Source: Promethearchaeota archaeon
GTDB taxonomy: Archaea; Asgardarchaeota; Lokiarchaeia; Sigyniarchaeales; Promethearchaeaceae
Reading direction: 5' to 3'
DNA: 32,000 bases
NCBI GenBank assembly: GCA_016933055.1
Contig: JAFGBS010000001.1
Span: 180,001-212,000, forward strand
The notes under the pieces were generated by a model. The model did no database searches, was not told the origin of the DNA, and saw only the letters and a list, made by a program, of their open reading frames with translations. The position numbers and the translations under genes are program-made. Below, one piece after another: positions 26,864 to 32,000 of the stretch (the stretch's first letter is position 1; each line of letters starts with the position of its first letter).

Positions 26864-27538
26864 CTAACTTTCATGCATGTTCAGTAACAATCGATATAAT
26901 TCGGATTGATAAATATTCCCCTCTCTTTTCAATTGATCTATTACAAAAGAGGAGAGAAAAAGTTGTTCGGAATCTTGTCTTAAGAATATGTGATTTTTAA
27001 TAATATTTACCGAGCGTTTATACTGTTTGAATAATGCAAGATTACGCTCCGACGTTTTAATTGATTCATCAGGTAACTTAAAAAAAAAAGGAGTGAACTG
27101 CTTTTGAAATATTAACATACTAGTATCTGAGGATTCAGTGAGTCCCATGATAATATCTGAATCCCATTTCACCTCCTCTTTAAATATAAGATTTGAAAAA
27201 ATAGGTAACGCACTAGAAATTACCATACAATAGTTCACATTTGAACTTACAAGGGCTCGTTGGATATGAGTGTTGATATGGTGATTTAAAATTGTCAGAT
27301 CATCATTATTTTCCTCTAGAAATCGGAATTGTACATCTTTAGTAAAATATCCTAACACTTCCTTAAGTTCGATTTTATATTTCGCATCAGATAAAATCGT
27401 AATCGTATTATTATAAATCGAAAAAGATGGGGAATTAACCAACTCATGAATTACATTTTTCAGCATTAAATGGGAAAGTATAGAATTTTGTTGATTAGGT
27501 AAAGGAGAATATACGATTAATAAAAATAGAGTTTTCAT
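26864..27538 (-). CDS. Hypothetical protein, weak resemblance to DUF2064/CofC-like nucleotide-diphospho-sugar transferase fold
   Basis: MVISSALP...DIIMGLTESSDTSML resembles the V-I-G-S-D-x-P...DVVLGPAEDGGYYL pattern but lacks the key Asp. ATGA overlap with the GTPase stop. Confidence 0.45.
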   Translation of the reverse strand: MKTLFLLIVYSPLPNQQNSILSHLMLKNVIHELVNSPSFSIYNNTITILSDAKYKIELKEVLGYFTKDVQFRFLEENNDDLTILNHHINTHIQRALVSSNVNYCMVISSALPIFSNLIFKEEVKWDSDIIMGLTESSDTSMLIFQKQFTPFFFKLPDESIKTSERNLALFKQYKRSVNIIKNHIFLRQDSEQLFLSSFVIDQLKREGNIYQSELYRLLLNMHES

Positions 27539-28035
27539 ATCTCTTCCCCTAATATTAATTCTAATATGGATAAAAATGCATTCTCAACATTAAATCCTGT
27601 TTTTGCACTTGTTTCGATTAGTATTGAATTATATTGTTTTTTGATCCTTTTGGTATATTCAACTCCTGATACAACGATAAATTCTTCTAGATCTTTTTTA
27701 TTACCTAACACGAGAAATGGAATATTTCCACAAATTCGCTTACCTTTTTCATACCATTGAGTGAGTTTCTTAAATGATTCACTGGATGTTAGGTCAAATA
27801 CCAGAAGATAGCCGTTAGTTCCTTCTAAATAATAGTCAGCAACTTCATTCCCGGCAATATCCCACAATATTAATTCTACGCTTTTACCTTGATATTTTAT
27901 AGACTTTGTAGTGAAATCAGCTCCTAATGTTGCTCTATATTCAGAAGGGAATCGGTTTTTACAGTATTTGGAAACCAGACTTGTCTTTCCTACATTAGAT
28001 TCACCCAATATGGTGATCTTCACCCGTATTACCAT
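27535..28035 (-). CDS. Rab-like small GTPase (Asgard type), no C-terminal prenylation motif
   Basis: G1 GESNVGKT, G2 YRATLGADF, G3 WDIAGNE, G4 GNKKD, G5 ETSAK. Confidence 0.92.
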   Translation of the reverse strand: MVIRVKITILGESNVGKTSLVSKYCKNRFPSEYRATLGADFTTKSIKYQGKSVELILWDIAGNEVADYYLEGTNGYLLVFDLTSSESFKKLTQWYEKGKRICGNIPFLVLGNKKDLEEFIVVSGVEYTKRIKKQYNSILIETSAKTGFNVENAFLSILELILGEEI

Positions 28036-28071
28036 TTTTCTTCTCCTTATTCTAGTGTTTGGGGAAATTTC

Positions 28072-28920
28072 TTAACTATCCTTAAAATCCTCTATTTTTT
28101 TTGTTCGGATCATGTAACCTTTTTGATAATAGCTGAGATAATTCCATTCAAAAAGGTGTTTAAAACCATCCATCATACGAGGTACTGCATTTTCAACGGT
28201 TAAACCGATTGAATATTCAGGTGTCTTTCCAATACTCAAGGTAGTGAAAACATAACTTTTTTCTGATAAATATAATCCGAAAGGAAACACATTTCCGATA
28301 TCCCATTTATAGATCATAATGTCATGTGAATAAAGTTTTTTAAGTTGAAACTGATAATTCTCTTCTTCCAGATTGAGAGCAACCTCAACTTTAATGCTTG
28401 GAATGGTTCTCTTTTTATTAACGAGCAAATCTGAAATCTCCTTGAAATTTTCTGGATTTTTGGATATATCAGGAGTGATGATGAATTTTAGAAATTCCTC
28501 TGCATTTTCAATTATTGAAAGGATCTCTCTGTAAATAGGATCTTTACCACTGAGGGATACTAGAAATGGTTGTTTCATAGGAGGATGATAATTTTCAAGT
28601 AACTTTTCAAGGGATGCAGACAGAGTTATTTTTTCTCGAAATTCCTTTCGCAATGCGCTGAATATCTCGATAGGATTCTTTGCTTTGTAATATGGTCCTC
28701 GCTTAATGGGTTCTTCTTCCACGTAACCTTTCTTGGTTAATCTTCTAAGAGAATCATATACTCGTGATCGGTCCACTTGGGAATCTTCTGCAATTTTTGC
28801 CGGAATACTGGGACCAAGTACAATTAAAGAGATGTAGACTCGAGCATCATTCATTGTGAAACCTAAATGCTGTAAACCCGTTTCAATCTTCTCTCTTTCA
28901 AAATCCAGATTTGTCTCCAT
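28072..28920 (-). CDS. TrmB-family transcriptional regulator / chromatin protein
   Basis: N-terminal wHTH (LGFTMNDARVYISL...IAEDSQVDRSRVYDSLRRLTKKGYV...YKAKNP), a coiled helix, and a PLD-like C-domain (IYREILSIIENAEE). Confidence 0.88.
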   Translation of the reverse strand: METNLDFEREKIETGLQHLGFTMNDARVYISLIVLGPSIPAKIAEDSQVDRSRVYDSLRRLTKKGYVEEEPIKRGPYYKAKNPIEIFSALRKEFREKITLSASLEKLLENYHPPMKQPFLVSLSGKDPIYREILSIIENAEEFLKFIITPDISKNPENFKEISDLLVNKKRTIPSIKVEVALNLEEENYQFQLKKLYSHDIMIYKWDIGNVFPFGLYLSEKSYVFTTLSIGKTPEYSIGLTVENAVPRMMDGFKHLFEWNYLSYYQKGYMIRTKKIEDFKDS

Positions 28921-29286
28921 TTTTATCCCTAATTCATGATTTGTTCAAAAAATTCCCTAATTCCTACTAGATCCAAGAAAATGATCCATAAAAATCTACT
29001 TTTCCCTATCAATTTTTCAAGTATTTTTTTTTCGTTTCTGTATCCAAGGGATCCTATTTCATATACTGATCAATAACTCTTATACAAGAATTTTTCGTTA
29101 CAATTCCCACATTATTACACATTTTTCTACACAACAATGCTCTTGAGAGGTAAGGTAACGGGTTTGCATCCCACAATGAGCTCATATTTTGTCGGAGTAA
29201 ATTTCAAATGATTAGCATAATTATATACATTATTCGAATAAACCCATTAGTCAAAGGGGTCAAAGAAAGTAAATTCCATGCAAAAA

Positions 29287-29294
29287 TTTATATA
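29287..29294 (+). promoter_or_regulatory. TATA box (TTTATATA) with A-rich BRE upstream of the histone gene
   Basis: CAAAAA-TTTATATA lies about 75 nt upstream of the histone ATG; GGAGGA ribosome-binding site at 29355-29360. Confidence 0.6.
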
Positions 29295-29367
29295 ATACTT
29301 ATGAAATGTATATTCTTAGAATTTAATGCATTTTTTAAATTCTCTTTTCATTTCGGAGGAAAGTAAC

Positions 29368-29592
29368 ATGGCAAAAAAGAAAAAAACCGCCAAAAAATAT
29401 ATTGCAAAAGCCCCAATCCGTCGATTGATGAAGGATGAAGGTGCAAAGCTCGTGGCCGAAGCTGCTGTTGATTTATTGATCAACAAGCTGGAAAAAGTTG
29501 CGACAGATGTAACTAAGTCTGCAATTAAAATTGTCAAAACAGACAAAAGGAAAAGACTTACAGCACAAGATATCCAACTCGCTACAAGATAG
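29368..29592 (+). CDS. Archaeal histone with Lys-rich N-terminal tail (74 aa)
   Basis: Histone fold APIRRLMKDEGAKLV...AIKIVKTDKRKRLTAQDIQLA aligns to HMf. GGAGGA 7 nt before the ATG at 29368 favours this start over 29326. Confidence 0.93.
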   Translation: MAKKKKTAKKYIAKAPIRRLMKDEGAKLVAEAAVDLLINKLEKVATDVTKSAIKIVKTDKRKRLTAQDIQLATR

Positions 29593-29643
29593 AATGATCG
29601 GGGTCTTTGAAGCGTTATAATTTCAAATCAAATTAAAAATCAT

Positions 29644-29662
29644 CTTTTTTTCTCTTATTTTT
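29644..29662 (+). terminator. Oligo-T terminator-like tract after the histone gene
   Basis: CTTTTTTTCTCTTATTTTT about 50 nt after the stop. Confidence 0.45.
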
Positions 29663-29752
29663 AATTCAATCCTTCAAATTTTATAAAAAATTTATTAGGC
29701 TTGAGTGATGATGTTTTCTTAGAAAGTTTAATTTACATCTGAAATTAAAGAG

Positions 29753-30310
29753 TTGGATATAATGAAGTTATGGAAAAGTTTAGTTGTAGGATTAGTATCT
29801 TATGTTTTACTAACCTTCCTAGCTAATATTGTCTTTATAGCATTAACGGGAACTCCTTCTTTTAGCTTGTATTTTAGTGATATCTGGGGGGTAATTGTTA
29901 GTGCATTTACGGGATTGGATGGATTACAACCTGTTTCAGTGGAGATCTTTAATACTATAGCGGTAGCAGTAGGTTCTTATCCATTTACAACCGGTATCAT
30001 AGGATGGCTAACAGCGGGTGCTAGTATATTGGTTCCTATTGTCCCGGGATTAGTTGCGGCGATTCTAGCGGGAAAAGTGGGTAAACGAACCATCAATGGC
30101 TTTTTTGGGATGTTTTTAACCGGAATTATTTGTTCTGTAGTTCCTATTATTATTTACTTTATCAGTCCAGTATCTGTTGCCCCTTATCTAAGTTTCATTT
30201 TGAGTGAATTTTCGGGAACAGCCATTATTCTCACAATGACAGGCGTGATTGGTATTTTTATTGGAACTTTTTGGGCAGCTATTGGTGCTTTCTTCGGAAA
30301 AATGGACTAA
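29753..30310 (+). CDS. Hypothetical membrane protein (4-5 TM, Gly-rich helices)
   Basis: Hydrophobic ORF; the start is TTG 29753 or ATG 29762. Confidence 0.7.
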   Translation: MDIMKLWKSLVVGLVSYVLLTFLANIVFIALTGTPSFSLYFSDIWGVIVSAFTGLDGLQPVSVEIFNTIAVAVGSYPFTTGIIGWLTAGASILVPIVPGLVAAILAGKVGKRTINGFFGMFLTGIICSVVPIIIYFISPVSVAPYLSFILSEFSGTAIILTMTGVIGIFIGTFWAAIGAFFGKMD

Positions 30311-30350
30311 AGGAACAAGACTAAATTTTACCCCTTCTTTTTGTTTTTAT

Positions 30351-30809
30351 ATGTGGCGGAAGTTTCGAGATAGTGTTACGACAAAGCAAGTTAAGCGGAT
30401 AAAAGGACGAAAGACCTCATTACTATACCAAAATCAAATACTAAAAGTACAACAAATCTTCACATATTCCTCACGTAAACGAATTTTTTATCAGTTTTTT
30501 GTCAAGGGGAATCTCCCCCATATTCAAAAAAATAAGAAGCAAACGCAATTTTTAGGAATCCAGCTTAGTAAAGGATCTTCCCTTCTCCTCACTCATCTTA
30601 TTCGAGAAGTGCTGAAATGCAACGGATCCAGGGAGTTTTTTTTTATTCAGTATCCTGTCTATTCGCAAACCAATATTCAATACTTAATTTTATTAATACG
30701 TCTTTATGAAGATAGTCCGATTCATGAATATGAACAGAAATTAATGAAACTTCAAGATGAATTTACTAATACAATCAAATCATTAGTAAAGAGTGCTTTC
30801 AGAGATTAA
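30351..30809 (+). CDS. Hypothetical basic protein (about 152 aa)
   Basis: In-frame ATG at 30351 avoids the 62-nt overlap implied by the track start at 30249. Confidence 0.55.
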   Translation: MWRKFRDSVTTKQVKRIKGRKTSLLYQNQILKVQQIFTYSSRKRIFYQFFVKGNLPHIQKNKKQTQFLGIQLSKGSSLLLTHLIREVLKCNGSREFFFIQYPVYSQTNIQYLILLIRLYEDSPIHEYEQKLMKLQDEFTNTIKSLVKSAFRD

Positions 30810-30854
30810 AACCTACATTAATATATCAATCTTGTTTTTATGATCTCGACGATC

Positions 30855-32000
30855 ATGGGAAAATTAATTGAATCTAAAATTGTATGCACATTGGGTCCTG
30901 CAACCGATACAAAGGAAAAAATACGGGAATTAATTGATGCTGGAATGAATATAGCTCGATTGAATTTTAGCCACGGATCGCATACATATCATGAGAATGT
31001 AATAAAAACTATTCGTGAGATTTCCGATTCCACTGCAATCCTATGTGATATACAAGGTCCAAAAATTCGGATCGGAAAATTACTTGAACCAACAATGTTG
31101 ATACAAGGAGATTTTATTAAAATCACAACTGAAGAAAACTGGGTCGGAACTAAGGAGAAAATACCCATATCATACAGAGGTTTTTTGAATGATGTAAAAC
31201 CGGGGGACATTGTATATATAAATGATGGTTTGGTCAAGCTTGTTATTAAAGAGATCAAAAAAGAAGGTAAGTATGCATTATGTGAAGTACTTTTGGGAGG
31301 ACTAATTTCAGACGGTAAAGGCGTTAACATTCCCAGTGGAAAATTAAGTACTGCTAATCCGACTGAAAAAGATATTAAAGATCTTCGCTTCATTGGAACA
31401 CTGAAACCTGATTTCGTAGCTGTCTCCTTTGTGTCTCAAGCTTCCGAAGTAGAAGATGTAAGACGAATGTTAGCTAACGAGGGTTCTCAAGACACAAAAA
31501 TCATAAGTAAAATCGAACGTGCCGTTGCTTTAGATAATTTCGAAGAAATTTTAGAAGTATCTGACGGAATAATGATTGCTCGCGGGGATCTAGGCGTAGA
31601 AATCCCTTATAAAGAACTCCCCGTTAAACAAAAAGAACTTATCAGGCAGTGCAATATTCATTCCATACCGGTCATCGTTGCCACCCAAATGTTGGAATCC
31701 ATGATTTTTCAACCTCGACCTACTAGGGCGGAAGTGTCTGATGTATTTAATGCAATATTTGAAAGATCCGATGCAGTAATGTTATCGGGAGAAACCTCAG
31801 TGGGAAAATATCCCATTCGCACCGTTCAAACAATGCGTGAAATTGTAAATCTCGCCGAGGAATATATTATTCCTTTAAATCCTGATGAATTAGATTCTCC
31901 TAAACAAGAAATTTACGAAACAATAGGACATGGGATATTTACATTATCAGAAGAATTCAATCAACTGAATTATCGAGGTAAAATCATATGCTTTACACGT
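30855..32000 (+). CDS. pyk: Pyruvate kinase, 3'-truncated by the window edge (absent from the ORF track)
   Basis: Translated by hand: MGKLIESKIVCTLGPAT...GMNIARLNFSHG...DIQGPKIRIG...SKIER...DGIMIARGDLGVEIP...VATQMLESM...PTRAEVSDV...DAVMLSGETSVGKYP. Open to the end of the window; alternative ATG at 30840. Confidence 0.97.
   Translation, partial: MGKLIESKIVCTLGPATDTKEKIRELIDAGMNIARLNFSHGSHTYHENVIKTIREISDSTAILCDIQGPKIRIGKLLEPTMLIQGDFIKITTEENWVGTKEKIPISYRGFLNDVKPGDIVYINDGLVKLVIKEIKKEGKYALCEVLLGGLISDGKGVNIPSGKLSTANPTEKDIKDLRFIGTLKPDFVAVSFVSQASEVEDVRRMLANEGSQDTKIISKIERAVALDNFEEILEVSDGIMIARGDLGVEIPYKELPVKQKELIRQCNIHSIPVIVATQMLESMIFQPRPTRAEVSDVFNAIFERSDAVMLSGETSVGKYPIRTVQTMREIVNLAEEYIIPLNPDELDSPKQEIYETIGHGIFTLSEEFNQLNYRGKIICFTR

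Noticed and set aside
29326-29367. Longer 88-aa histone with an MHFLNSLFISEESN extension
   Set aside because: The segment contains the GGAGGA ribosome-binding site for the ATG at 29368 and lies just downstream of the TATA box, so it is best read as 5' UTR.
30249-30350. N-terminal extension of the 186-aa ORF
   Set aside because: Overlaps the upstream membrane gene by 62 nt; the ATG at 30351 is more plausible.
30989-31393. 134-aa ORF on the - strand
   Set aside because: Antisense to the clearly recognisable pyruvate kinase.
1-32000. Mobile element, prophage or defence island
   Set aside because: No transposase, integrase, phage structural or defence-domain motifs were recognised; composition looks uniform and gene content is housekeeping plus Asgard-type signature proteins.

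Overview
AT-rich, gene-dense archaeal chromosomal window, most likely from an Asgard archaeon (Lokiarchaeia-like). The taxonomy is an inference from the co-occurrence of a Rab-like small GTPase, a longin-like protein, an Rpn11/CSN5-type JAMM protein, a lysine-tailed histone, archaeal uS13-uS4-uS11 and GPH-type MFS. Housekeeping genes: partial phytol/dolichol-type kinase, radical SAM, polyprenyl synthase, alpha/beta hydrolase, MazG-like pyrophosphatase, M20 peptidase, rps13-rps4-rps11, ADP-forming acyl-CoA ligase alpha subunit, purC-purF, HAD hydrolase, TrmB-family regulator, and a pyruvate kinase that runs off the right edge and is absent from the ORF track. Strongest leads: (1) a 517-aa protein whose C-terminus aligns without gaps to the TSG101/Vps23 steadiness box and which also carries a PSAP motif; (2) a JAMM isopeptidase fused to TPR/SNAP-like repeats; (3) a Lys-tailed histone with a non-canonical fold, divergent from a TrmB gene; (4) a Rab-like GTPase with Q-to-N and a shortened switch II; (5) a Glu-tract protein flanked by two Zn-binding modules; (6) a polyprenyl synthase with degenerate catalytic motifs; (7) a TTTTGTCGGA motif seen only in two long intergenic regions. 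No rRNA, tRNA, CRISPR array or transposase was recognised. All family assignments come from motif recognition by eye; no searches were run.
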